From Felis catus (lineage: Eukaryota): a stretch of 60,000 nt of DNA. The position numbers and the translations under genes were made by a program. Below the pieces are notes generated by a model. That model was not told the DNA's origin. It was given only the letters and a program-made list of their open reading frames with translations, and did no database searches. Each line of letters opens with the position of its first letter. The stretch's first letter is position 1. The stretch covers positions 197,720,001 to 197,780,000 of the forward strand of contig NC_058368.1 in NCBI RefSeq assembly GCF_018350175.1. Direction: 5' to 3'. Below, one piece after another: positions 25,281 to 37,423 of the stretch.

Positions 25281-25365
25281 GTGCCCCTCTCCTGCTTGCA
25301 CGTGCTCTAAAATAATAAATAAATTAACAAATAAATAAAAATAGATAAATAAAATTTAAAAAAAG
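25127..25365 (+). mobile_element. Can-SINE (older subtype) with (CT)n
   Basis: TSD ATAGGAAATGGTT. Confidence 0.9.
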
Positions 25366-26160
25366 ATAGGAAATGGTTAGAAAGTGAGATATTTGAAAGC
25401 ACGATTGTTGGGGGTGATAGTTATTGGTAATGAAAAGTTCAAGGAGTCAACCTTGGTGTGAATAACTGAGGAAGTATAGAACGCCAGCTCACTGGAGGAG
25501 AGCAGGTTTAGGGACCCGTAAGGCTCAAAGGAGTTTTCAGAACATTGTTTCGGAGATAAATATTTATAGTCCTCTTTATTCCAGATTACCTGTTTTAACT
25601 TTCAGTTTATCCTTATGAGTTATACCACTGGTTATTAAATTTCCTTTCACACCTTAGAACATTCCTCATAGGTACGTTGTACATCACGGGTTCTGGAATG
25701 AGGGACACCTTAGTTGAAATCCTGGATTTACTGCTTGCTAGTTATGTGACTTTGGGAACGTCAGTTCAAATCTTTGAGCCTCAGTGTTTTCATCTGAAAA
25801 TTGGATACAGCAGTAGCACCTGTCTCCATAGGCTCCTTGTGACAACAGAAGGAATGAATGCTTCAAAAACAGTATTCTTTCTGGCACGTGGCAGCACTCA
25901 GATAATGACAGCTATTTTTTAGCCCATTATTATTATAGCAGAGAGGCCAAGGAGGCCTGACGGATTGGATAGCTGCCACAGTCAACCCTAAGGGGATACC
26001 CTAATTACATTATATTACATTACATTACATTACCTTACATATTGCAGCCTAGCATTTATTTTCAAGCTAACCACAACATTGATTTTCTTTCTCAGCAGTT
26101 TCTAGGGCATAGAAGCATTTCTACTCCATAAATTATTACGAGAAGGAATAACACGCAAAC

Positions 26161-26200
<40 letters not shown>

Positions 26201-26548
26201 TTCCACAAACCCGATTTGCAAATCTTGTCAAATTAGATATTCATAAGATAATGAAAGACAGCTTTTCGTGGAAGATCTGAATAATAGCTGTTAAAATCCT
26301 TCTGGGCTGTGAATGAGAAAAGCTTAAAACTAGAGCAGATCTTCCTAGTTCTCTTGATAGAGTAGTAGTATGCTGCCTCTGCCTCTGCTCAGCTATTTCC
26401 AACCTTTGACCTTCACTGATCTTCACCTGTGTATGTCCAGGATCGGTAAATCAGGAACACTTCAGTGCATTCATCTGAGACAAGACAGCTGAAGTTCAAG
26501 AAGAGAAAGCAGCCAAGCTCTTGAAAGTTAACTCTACTTTTTTTAGAC

Positions 26549-27490
26549 CAGTAATTCGCAATCCTATCAGATCAACCACTACCCTGCCCTTTTTAAATAA
26601 CCATTTTGTCATACCCTTGACTATGCTGAAATGAAATCCACGATTGTATATAATCTATACACAATTTTGCAAATTAACCACATAATGCCTTAATTGGAAT
26701 ACAGAAGAGCAATAAAACAAAAGTGATTTATGATAAGAGAATATGTATTTCATTATGTAAATGCTCAGGCTCGTTTATAGTAGAAAATATAATCAGGCAG
26801 TCAGATACTTGCACTTGTGTGTTAAATCACCAAGACTGTAACAACTACCAACAGAGCCCAGGACAGGCATGTTGTGTTGGCCATGAGTGGCATTGCTGTT
26901 GGTGACATACAGAGAATACTTGTTCTGAACAAAATGAAAGCATAATCATCCCTTCATTTAGTGGATATAAATTAACATGCAAGAAAGTATTTGTGTTTAT
27001 GTGTAAAAGTAGTTAAGTTCTAGATTAGGTGGTCCTAAACAAAATTTTCACTTATACAAATGGCTGGTAGGACATTCTAAAATCATGGAGAATGGAGAAT
27101 GATTTCTTTTTTATTTTTTTTATTTTTTTTAATGTTTATTTATTTTTGACAGAGAGAGAGAGACAGAGCACGAGCGGGGGAGGGGCAGAGAGAGAGGGAG
27201 ACACAGAATGCGAAGCAGGCTCCAGGCTCTGAGCTGTCAGCACAGAGCCTGACGCCGGGCTCAAACTCACAGACTGTGAGATCGTGACCTGAGCCGAAGT
27301 CGGATGCTCAACCAACTGAGCCACCCAGGCACCCCACAATGATTTCTTTATTAATGAGAGATTGTCCCTCATAATGTCACCCATCGTCCCTGTAAAAGCC
27401 TTAGTGCTCCTCAAACAAACCACAGTCTCATGCCCCACAAAATCTCTCCCACGGCTTCTCTGGGGTGGTACCTCTTTTACTGAGAACTAC
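26549..27490 (+). mobile_element. hAT-Charlie non-autonomous element (MER119-like), split by a SINE
   Basis: Starts cagtaattcgcaatcctatcaga, ends tgagaactac, flanks T(T/C)TAGA-like; internal text resembles MER119 as I recall it. Confidence 0.65.
27111..27335 (-). mobile_element. Can-SINE
   Basis: TSD AATGATTTCTTT. Confidence 0.95.
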
Positions 27491-28847
27491 GTTCTAGATA
27501 AGTTGACTGAAGCGCCTGCAAGGAAAGGCTCTTAAACTCCCACAGCCAAAGGTCATCCTCAAAAACAAACAAGAGAAACAAAAAAGCTCCCCGAAACTAT
27601 AGTTGTCCTTCTACACATCAGACATGTCAAAATTCAACTCCGATCAGGTCACCACCTGTGCCGCTGTTCTTAAAACAGTTGTGACCCCCCCCCCCCCGCC
27701 AACTGAAGTCATGATGCAGACCTAAATACTTGGCCCAGCCTCCAGCCCCCTCTCAACGTGACCCTTTTGGCCTCATCTACTGGTGCCTCTCTGGGTCCCT
27801 GCATTCCAGTCATGTTGGTCTTCCTTCACCTGCTGGAGTCAACCGTGTCACTCTCACGCCTGCACACCCGGCCCAGGGTCCTGACATTCCCTGCCTTGTT
27901 TTCAGTCACCTTCCTTTCCTTTTTTCAATCGCAGCTCAGTTATCACTCCCCGAGGAAAGCGTCTTCTGATCCCCCACCGGGGTTAACGCTGCCGTGTTAT
28001 AAATATAAATAATGTGTACCTCTTCTTACAGCTTCCCCGACAACTGTAATTTTACCTACATGCCGTTACTGAATTCGTGTCGACTCCAGGAGTTTCTGAG
28101 CTTCCCTGGGGGAAGGAGCCATGCTTCCTTCCTCTCCCTTCTCAGCGACTGAAATAGGACAGATCCTCAAATATTCTGTTGGAGCGCATACACAAGTGAC
28201 TGAGTAGACAAGAGGGATGGTTGAACGAACAAGTGAACACACATACGCCTAGAGCTAAGCTGGCATTCCTTGGCAAGGCACCGTTGAGGCAGTGAGTTTA
28301 TTTGTTTTCTAGTGAGAACGAAGCTCCCACCCAACTGCTGGGAGACATTAATGCTCTCACGTATGACCTGCCTGGCAGGAGCAGTGCTTTAACCTTCCAG
28401 CGTGAAGCAACAAAGTTGTGAGTTTGTAGGCGTGTAAGAGAAGATCGGGTTCACAGGAGGAGGAGCATCCTTTGTCTTCAGTCGAACCAGTAATACATAA
28501 ACATGTTATTGTAGTTTAAAATTCCAATAATGCCCCAAGTGGAAAAGTCTCCCGGTACCCTCCCCCTCCCTGCCCAAAGTATTTTTGGTTAACAGTTGGT
28601 TGTACACTCTAATGGCCATAATCTCTGAATTTGTATATATGCACACGTCTCTCTCCTTCTGTTTTCATTTTCCTTCAGACTCTTGTGGTATCATATCATA
28701 TATGTATTGGTCTACGAATTTTCACTTAACCATGCATCTGGTAGATACTATTTTGTTGGTATTTCATTTATGATTTCATTGTTTATATATGAAATGATTT
28801 ATGAGTGTGTATATATTTTTTATTTTAAAGTAAAATATAGCATTTTT

Positions 28848-29069
28848 TTTTTTTATTATTTTTTTTCAACGTTTATTTACTTTTGGGACAGAGAGAGACA
28901 GAGCATGAACGGGGGAGGGGCAGAGAGAGAGGGAGACACAGAATCGGAAACAGGCTCCAGGCTCCGAGCCATCAGCCCAGAGCCTGACGCGGGGCTCGAG
29001 CTCACGGACCGCGAGATCGTGACCTGGCTGAAGTCGGACGCTTAACCGACTGCGCCACCCAGGCGCCCC
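28848..29069 (-). mobile_element. Can-SINE (young subtype, head GGGGCGCCTGGGTGGCGCAGTCGG)
   Basis: CpGs intact; TSD AAAATATAGCATTTT. Confidence 0.95.
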
Positions 29070-29404
29070 AAAATATAGCATTTTAAAATAAAATATAGCA
29101 AATGTAGCAAAAGCTAGTGAAAAAAAATAAAAACACCTGTGTGCCTGTGACCCAACTTAAGGTATAAATTACAATCAAAATGTCCTCCTGATAAAATAGC
29201 TACCCCTTCCTGCCCCCACCCCACAGTCATTGCCCTGGTTCCTGAGTGTCAACTCAATACATGTCTTTACTTTTCATTACATGTAGGTGCATTCCTTCTT
29301 ATTCTTTTTAACATCTGCATAAACTTAAGGGTATCAAAGTGCTGTGATTGAATTAATCATTCCCAGAATGGTGGACATTTATACTGTTTTCACGTGTTCG
29401 TTCT

Positions 29405-29626
29405 TTATTTTAAATTTTTTTTAAGTTTTTTTTTTTTTTTTACTTATTTTGAGAGAGAGAGCAGGCAGGGGAGAGGCAGAGACAGAGGGGAGAGAGAGAA
29501 TCCCAAGCAGGCTCCATACTGTCAGCGCAGAGCCCAATGCAGGGCTCGAACTCTAGAACCATGAGATCATGACCTGAGCCGAAATCAAAAGTTGGATGCT
29601 GAACCACCTGAGCCACCCAGACGCCC
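29405..29626 (-). mobile_element. Can-SINE
   Basis: gagagaatcccaagcaggctcc subtype body with T-tail. Confidence 0.9.
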
Positions 29627-29934
29627 TCCAAGTGTTCATTATTCACACACAGTGCAGCAACTCACATCTTTTCTACACCTAAGCTAGTGTTCAAGCATTT
29701 CCCTAGAATAGACACGTGAGAAATGTGTATTCAGAGTTTTCAAAGGTTTTGCCAGAGTAGCACCCACAAAGCTTTGCCAGTGTATCTTCCCACAACGAGT
29801 CCTGTGAGTGCCCTTTGGACACATCCTTAGCAGCTCAAATGATTGAAGACTTAGTGTTTTCCCAATCTGATGGGTGAAAATTATCTCTCGTCATTTTACA
29901 TGACATTTTCCTAACAACATATATTTGCTGAGTA

Positions 29935-30405
29935 GAGTTGTCCTCCCTTAACTGGGGGGGAGGGGGTGCATTCCAAGACCCCAGGTGGATGTCTGAAATC
30001 GTGGATAATGCCATACCCTATATAGACTATGTTTTTCCTATATGTACATACCTATGATAAAGTTTAATTTATACATTAGGTACAGCCAGAAATTAATGAC
30101 AATAACTAAAAATAAAATCGAACAATTACAACAATATACTGTAATAAAATGCATGTGAATGTGGCCTTCCTTTCTCAAAACATCCTATTGTTCTGCACTC
30201 GCTCTCCTTATGATGATGCTGAGATGGTAAAACGCCTACACGATGGGATGAAGTCGGGTAAATGACGTCAGCATTGTGATGCAGCATTAGCTACTATTGT
30301 CCTATGACCATGTGTCAGAAAGAGGGTCATCTGCTCCTAGACTGCCGCTGCCCGCAGGTAGCTATAACCACAGAAAGTGAAGCCACGGGTAAGAGGGGAT
30401 GACAG
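29935..30405. mobile_element. MER44 (Tigger7-derived) DNA element inserted at a TA within an L2 3' end
   Basis: ttccaagaccccaggtggatgtctgaaatcgtggataat...cctatgataaagtttaattta; TA on both sides; flanks rejoin to L2 motif atatttgctgagTAcctactgtgtgcc. Confidence 0.85.
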
Positions 30406-30752
30406 TACCTACTGTGTGCCAAGAAAACCGATAAAATCTCTGCTTTCATGGTGTTTACAATCTCTTGATGAGGAGGCAGTCAACAGACGTCAAAAAAAAA
30501 AAAAGGGAACATACAATATGTTAGATAAATGCTATGAAGAAAAATAAAGCAGTGGAAGAAATCTGAGAATGCCAGGATATGTTACGTCAGTTAGGATGGT
30601 CAGGAAAAGCCCTCTTTGATGAGGCTGCTTTGAGTAGAGACCTAATTGAAGGCAAGGAGGAAAGCCAGTGGCTATCTGGGGGTGAGCTTCTGGGAAGAAA
30701 ACACAGCAGGTGCAAAGTTCAGAGTGCACTTGACATATTTAAGAAATAGCGA

Positions 30753-30975
30753 GGGGCGCCTGGGTGGCTCAGTAGGTTAAGCGCCCGATTTCAGCTCAGG
30801 TCATGGTCTCACTGTTCATGGGTTTGAGCCCCGCATCGGGCTCTGTGCTGATAGCTCAGAGCCCGGAGCCTGCTTCGGATTCTGTGTCTCCCTCTCTCTC
30901 TGCCCCTGCCTGGTTCGCACTCTGTCTCTCAAAAATAAATAAATGTTAATAAAATAAAATACACTTAAAAAAAAG
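30753..30975 (+). mobile_element. Can-SINE inside an L2 fragment (~30406-31270)
   Basis: TSD AAGAAATAGCGA. Confidence 0.95.
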
Positions 30976-33538
30976 AAGAAATAGCGAGAAGGCTCTTATG
31001 AGGAGGTCATGGTAGCAACTTCAGCTGTCTTTCATGGGCTGGGAAGCTACTGACGAATTTTGGACTGGGCAGGGAACACACACCGTCTGCTTAAGTATCA
31101 GAGCTATAACTCTGGCTTTTGTAGAAAATATTTTGTAGAAAATAGGCCATAGCGGCTGGGGATCAAAGACGAGAGTGTATTGCAAGAGACTGTGTTAAAG
31201 ATGATGGTGGCTTGGACTGGATATTAGTGGTACCACTGATGAGAAGTGGTCAGATGCGGGAGGAAATTGGACACACCCAAACATCATGGAAGAGGGGAGG
31301 AAAATTCGTAAAAGGCATTAAAGTTATTCTTTGTTTATGGCAGCCTCAGGTAGATGGGCAAACGCGGAGAACGAATCTCTTCCTTTAAGGAAAGCTGCAC
31401 AGCTTATAAACTACATTTGCAGTTAATAACTCTTTTTAAATCAAGCACACATTGGTAAGTTTCAGAATTGGCTGGGGAAATAATACTTGTGGAGTCAATA
31501 TACTTATCAAGGCAATTTTATGGGCGAAGCTAGGTTACACATTTGGTGTGGAAAACTGAGAAGTCGCAGAAAAGTATAAAGAAGCAATTCAAGTTTTTCT
31601 AGAGTGTCATGATCTAGAGATAACTATGTTATATATGCACATAACTTAAATGTACGGGTTATATACAATACAGTATATATTATTACATGTATAAATATTA
31701 GGTACTGTATGTGGATCATTTACCTGTACATGTATGTGGCTACATGTGTTTGTATTTCACATCTACTTACCAGGCTTGCATTTGAATGTTACTCCACAAA
31801 ACTCAGGTGTACAAAATGCCACATTTCTTCGAATGTCTACATTAGTTAACTTTTTAATGAACCCTTCAGGGCGGACCTCAAGGGGAAATCCAATCTCAGA
31901 CATTTCGCGTACGTCTTCTCTCCGGGCCAAGCTGGGCCTTTCGCATTTCAGTGGGCCTTTCGCGTTTCACCACCGCCAGGATAACTGTCTACCTGTACCG
32001 GTCCCTGGAAGGCAGAAGGCCCTGTTGCTTCTATGTGAACCTTGACACTGGGGTCTTTGATCCTAGTGGTTTGTCTCTGCGGGTGCTGAGCGGGACTGCT
32101 GTGTTCCTTCTTGCTGTTTGGAGTCTGCAAACCTCCCTCTTTCTTAGTTTAAGGCTGTTTCTGCCTTTCGGTCAGGTGATTATGCTCTGGTGGCAGAAGC
32201 TTCTGCCTTCAGCCCTGCACCTTGAAAAAACCCATAACCAGTGTTGCCAATAAAACACAAATTTTCGTTATCTTATTGGGAGAGAGGAGGAACATAATCG
32301 CTCATTCCTACTAGTCTTTTTTTTTGTGGTTTTAAGAAATCAGTCACAAGTTAATCTCTCAGTAGTTATTTTTCTGGGCCCATATGTAAACACATTTTTA
32401 TAGAAAATTGAACTCGTGCTTTGCTGCTTCATACCTGCTTTTAGCACTGAACAATGTTTATGAGAGCTTTCCCCTGTCATTAAATATTCTTTTCAAACTC
32501 AGGTTATCATGGCCATGTAAATACTAAGTAAATAAGAAATTGTTTATGTAACCGATACCTCAATTTAGATGTTTAGGTTGGTTCCAATTTTCCCAGTTAT
32601 AAGCAATACGATCGTGAGTCATAATATACCTATGTCTTTAGGAGCAGCTCTAATAATGTAGTTTTTTAGGACGAAATTTTAGAAGTGGGATGATTGGAGC
32701 ATGAATTTTTTGAGGCTCTTTCTGCGTTTGTCTATAAGCATAGTCTGGACGTGTATTTATGAATCGTGGAGAGTTCTCAGGCTTGCCAGCTTAGAATGGC
32801 AAGCAGTCGTCTTTAAGCTAACTTACGTTATAGGATTCTGTTCTAGGGATGCCTGTTACCGTCCAGGTAGAGAATCCGGGTGACCCCCAGTTTACGCTCC
32901 GCCCGCCTTCCCCTTCCCCATCGCTCCCCAACCTACTCTTAGGGACTACCTGACAGGGTGTGTAGGTGTGAGTGGGCGTGCACATGATGGTGGGCTTGAA
33001 CGCGGAGTCTTTCTCGCCCCGCCAAGATATTAGCGACCCTTGACTCCCCTTACGCTTGTGGCAGCTCGATATGGCCCCAGACTCTTGTATTTGCACACCA
33101 CCTTCCACACTCCGTCCCCGTTCCTGTGAGCTTTCCTCAGATTTTCTTCCTTCTTTGCCCTATCACATCTGCTTTTCTCCTAGCTGTGTCTGGAAAAATT
33201 CCAGTGTATTCTTACTCATTATCGCTTTTCTCCGGACTGTATTTTTAGTTGTTCTTTCAACAGCCCCCAGCCAAATTACAGCATTTTGTCATAACGATCA
33301 GTCATCGACCAGGCCGCGTGTCTGGCTGTGCGGAGTGAGAGGACCCGGATGCGTGTGAATGTCATGTGTGTGTGTTTGAAATAAACAGAAGAGATAAATA
33401 ATAATAGGGAGCATTTATTGAGCATGTAGTGTATGCCAGGCAATATCCTGAGTGTTTTATATGCATTTCCTTAATTAATCCTCAGGGCAACTCCAGTGCC
33501 CAGGAGATGACTAGAAAATACATTTAAAAGCTCTGTCA

Positions 33539-33768
33539 GGGGCGCCTGGGTGGCTCAGTCCGTTAAGCGTCCGACTTCAGCTCAGGTCACGACCTCGCGG
33601 TCCGTGAGTTCGAGCCCCACATCAGGCTCTGGGCTGATGGCTCAGAGCCTGGAGCCTGCTTCCGATTCTGTGTCTCCCTCTCTCTCTGTCCCTCCCCCAC
33701 TCATGCTCTGTCTCTCTCTCTGTCTCAAAAATAAATAAACGTTAAAAAAATTAAAAAAAAAATAAAAT
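33539..33768 (+). mobile_element. Can-SINE
   Basis: TSD AAAAGCTCTGTCAG. Confidence 0.95.
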
Positions 33769-34635
33769 AAAAGCTCTGTCAGCCTTCAGAGTATGTGGGA
33801 AAGGCTTCTGATATTCTCTGGGGAAACTAGCTAACTATTGGTAGTCTGCATATGATGTCAACAACTATATAAGTTGCAACTCAAAGAAATGATTGGTGAC
33901 CCTAGTACAACTGACTCAGAGAGTGGTTTAGATAAGATGAAGTAGAAATACGGAGTTGAAGAAAGAAAAACAAAACAAAACACACCTCTATGTTGATTGC
34001 TAGGGTTTGAGCATCTTTCAGGCAAGGGTTAACTTGCACATTTTTTTTTACTTGTTTAATATATTTATTAATATAGTTCATTGTTATAATTTATTATTAT
34101 AATGTAATAATTTATTGTGCTGGGGCTACAGATATCAAAATGAGTAAGACAATATGGTTGAGATGACAATAAATAATTAAAATATAGTGTGACAAAAGCT
34201 ATGATATGGAAGCATAGGTGCTGTAAAACACACAGGAAGAGGAAGTTCTTGGAGCTTCCCAGAAAATAGGATGTTGAACAGAGTCCCAAAGGACATGAAG
34301 GAGCTTGCCAGGTAAAGAAGGGGAGGGAGAGAAAGGGGCTTAACAAGTGTGTCCCACTTCCTTGAGTAGGCATGTGAGCACTTCTCTGTGGTAGAGTTGG
34401 TTATGGAACAGTGTCGGAAATCGAGGCGGAGAGCTCAGTAGGGCTCGGGTTAAATCAGGTCACATTTGGTATTTTACCAACATGGTAATGGAGGAGGACA
34501 TTACGGTATTTTGGACCGATAGGGGGAGGTGAGTTCCTTCCTTCTGGAAAAAAACCAAAGCGAAACATTTTCACTTCAGTGCTGCTAATGGTTGGGAAGA
34601 GAAAGAGTCAAGGCAGATGACCAATGAAAAGGTGA

Positions 34636-35640
34636 CTCATTCATTCACTCATTCATTCATCCAATCATTCATTCATTCATTCATTCATTCATTTTTTTGA
34701 GTACTTGTATGTGCCAAGCACTGCTTTAGGCACTAGAAACACATCAGTGAACATAACAGACCATGTTCCTGCTTTCAGTGGGTTTTCATTCAAGACTGTC
34801 TAGTGTGTAGGAGGGCATGCTGGCTAACAGCTATGGAAACCGATCACGCAAGGCAGGGGAATAGAAAGTGAGAGAGAGGTCCTGTGCCAAATTTGGTGGC
34901 CTGGAAAGTCATCTCCTCAGAGGTAAATCTGAGTGGAGACTTGAATGAAGAAGTGAGTAGTTTCGATCCGAGAGATCCAGCTGGAGGCAGCACCAAAGGA
35001 GAGACCCTGAGGGGGGGAGCCCCAGTTGGCTCCTTTTGGGAATGATGAGGAAGACGTTACAGCTGGAGCAGCATGGGAAAAGAAAATGTGGTAAAGGCTG
35101 AGATCATAGGACAGCCAAGAGCCAGCTTTGTGGAGCCATTTAGGCCACGGTAAGGGTCCTGGGTGTTAACTGTGAGTGTGATTAGGGAAGTGACACATTC
35201 CACCCTAAGCATTTTACAGAGCTCGCTCTGTCTACTGGGTGAAGAGTGGGGTGTATTATAGAAAACAACGGAAGCAGGAACGCCAGTTGTAGGCCTTTGC
35301 CATCATCCAGGTGAGGCATGAGGTGGTTTCAACTAGGCTGGTGATGTTCTAAAAGAGCGGGGAAAGGGTCAGAAGCAGAGGACGTTTTTTTAAGGTAGAG
35401 CTACTCGGATTTGTTGATGTATGTGAGGCATGAGAAGAAGAGGCTTCCCAAGAATCACTTTAAGATGGTTGGCCCAAGAATGGACAAAGAGGCTGCTTAT
35501 TGAGATGGGAAGCAGGGTTGAGGCGAGGGAAATGAAGAGTTGAATTTTAGAGGTGTTAAACTGACGCTGTCTGATAGGCTGATAACTGAAGGCAGAGTAG
35601 GCAATAGGATGTGAACGGCGGTAGTAATCTCCGCAGAGAC
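34636..35640 (-). mobile_element. L2 3' region with terminal (TTCA)n repeat
   Basis: (TTCA)n 34636-34692, then tttgagtacttgtatgtgccaagcactgctttaggcactag, typical of L2. Confidence 0.8.
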
Positions 35641-35926
35641 AACAGAAAGACCCTCATTAGGGTATTGACAGTGGACTAGAGAGGAGTGAAGAGATTTACA
35701 AGGTACTCAGAGTAGGTAGAAGCTTAGGGAAAGGAGGAACAATGACGTAAGATGTCGGATTTCTGGTGTGGTCAGGTAGAACAATGCTTTTTCCCACCTA
35801 GTGAAAAACTCCAGAGGAATGCAGGACTCCCAGTTAAATAGGTTTCTTTTAGGAGGTTCTTACAGATCTTAAGGTGCCCCTGCCCGGTTCTTCTTTAGAC
35901 CAAACTCATTTCCGGTTCCAGAAGAA

Positions 35927-36148
35927 CAGGGGCCATCTAACTAGTTTCATAAAGGACCAAGGTAAATAGTTGTAGCTTTTGCAGTCCATACAGTTTCCAT
36001 CAGAATTACTCAACTCTGCCTTTGCAGTGGAAAGCAGCCACTGAAGATACAAAAGTGATTGAGCGTGAGCGTGTTCCAGTGAAATTTTACTCACAACTAC
36101 AGGCAGTGGGCTGGATTTGGCCCTCTGGCCATTGTTTGGTTACCTCTG
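35927..36148. mobile_element. MER58A-like hAT MITE
   Basis: cagggg...taaaggaccaaggtaaatag...gggctggatttggccctctggccattgtttggttacctctg. Confidence 0.75.
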
Positions 36149-36734
36149 TAGGAGAACAACCCCAAGCAATTTCTTCTTTCACCTGAGCAGAAAATTTTTA
36201 CACTGTCAGAGCAGGGGTGAGAAGAGAAATCGTAATACTTAGCAACAGCAAGCCTAGACCCTGGGAAAATACGTAGAGCTGAATCCATCAGCAACTGGGC
36301 CCAGTGACAGGGGCCAGATGTAGCAGAGGGATAGGGAGCAGGTTGTTATCAGAGTATGGGAAATTCCACTTTTCCTTGGACCCTTATCCTTGGGGTAAAT
36401 GATTGACTACGGGGAGACGCCTCATGTGGCCCACAGTTGTTTTTTTTTTTCCCCCTGGGCTGGATTTCTTAGAAGCACAAGAGTAATTTCAAGGCAATGA
36501 CCAGCCAAATCCTGAAAACATAACACTTGTCTTGTTCCAAAGGAACACAGTGTAGCACACTGTACCTGGTGAGCATTATGTACCCTAAACAACTGTGGGC
36601 AAAGAGATGTTTGCAAAACAAACCAGAGACCCTACCCTGAATTTGCCTATAGACAAAAAAATATGTCATATAACAATTATCTCTTACACTGTTTGCTCAG
36701 TTCTAACTTTGGAAGGTGTAGTCTCATTGTTTTT

Positions 36735-37423
36735 TGTTTTGTTGTGTTTTTTAAATTTTTTTTTTAATGTTTATTTATTTTTGAGACAGAGAGAGACACA
36801 GCATGAACGGGGGAGGGGCAGAGAGAGAGGGAAACACAGAATCGGAAGCAGGCTCCAGGCTCTGAGCCATCAGCCCAGAGCCCGACGCGGGGCTCGAACT
36901 CGCGGACCGCGAGATCGTGACCTGAGCCGAAGTCGGACGCTTAACCGACTGAGCCACCCAGGCGCCCCTCATTGTTTTTTTTAAGTTTATTTATTTATTT
37001 TGAGAGAGAGGGCATGCACGCTTGGAGGAGGAGCAGAGAGAGAGGGAGAGAGAGAATCCCAGGCAGGCTCTGCATTGACAACGCAGAGCCTGACGCAGGG
37101 CTCGATCTTACGAACCGTGAGATCCTGGCCTGAGCTGAAGTCAAGAGTTGGATGCTTAACCGACTGAGCCACCCAGCCGCCCTAGAAGAATGGATTTTCT
37201 TTTTTTTAATTTTTTTTCTAACATTTTTATTATTTTTGAGACAGAGAGAGACAGAGCATGAATGGAGAAGGGGCAGAGAGGGAAGGAGACACAGAATCGG
37301 AAGCAGGCTCCAGGCTCTGAGCCATCAGCCCAGAGCCCGACGCGGGGCTCGAACTCACGGACCGCAAGATCGTGACCTGAGCTGAAGTCGGATGCTTAAC
37401 CGACTGAGCCACCCAGGTGCCCC
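36735..37423 (-). mobile_element. Three tandem Can-SINEs (36735-36968, 36975-37182, 37200-37423)
   Basis: Three successive antisense SINE bodies; TSDs CTCATTGTTTTT (first) and AAGAATGGATTTTCTT (third). Confidence 0.93.

Noticed and set aside
31771..31830. Cys-rich peptide FCTPEFCGVTFKCKP as a Kazal (SPINK) domain, given the SPINK cluster near HTR4 in other mammals
   Set aside because: Cys spacing and the PVCGSDG..TY.N.C motif are absent
36420..36650. Additional possible - strand exon(s) (RQIQGRVSGLFCKHLF..., DLAGHCLEITLVLLRN...) and one at ~23620-23735
   Set aside because: Donors are weak or the implied intron is too short, and the phase does not fit unambiguously; left out of the model
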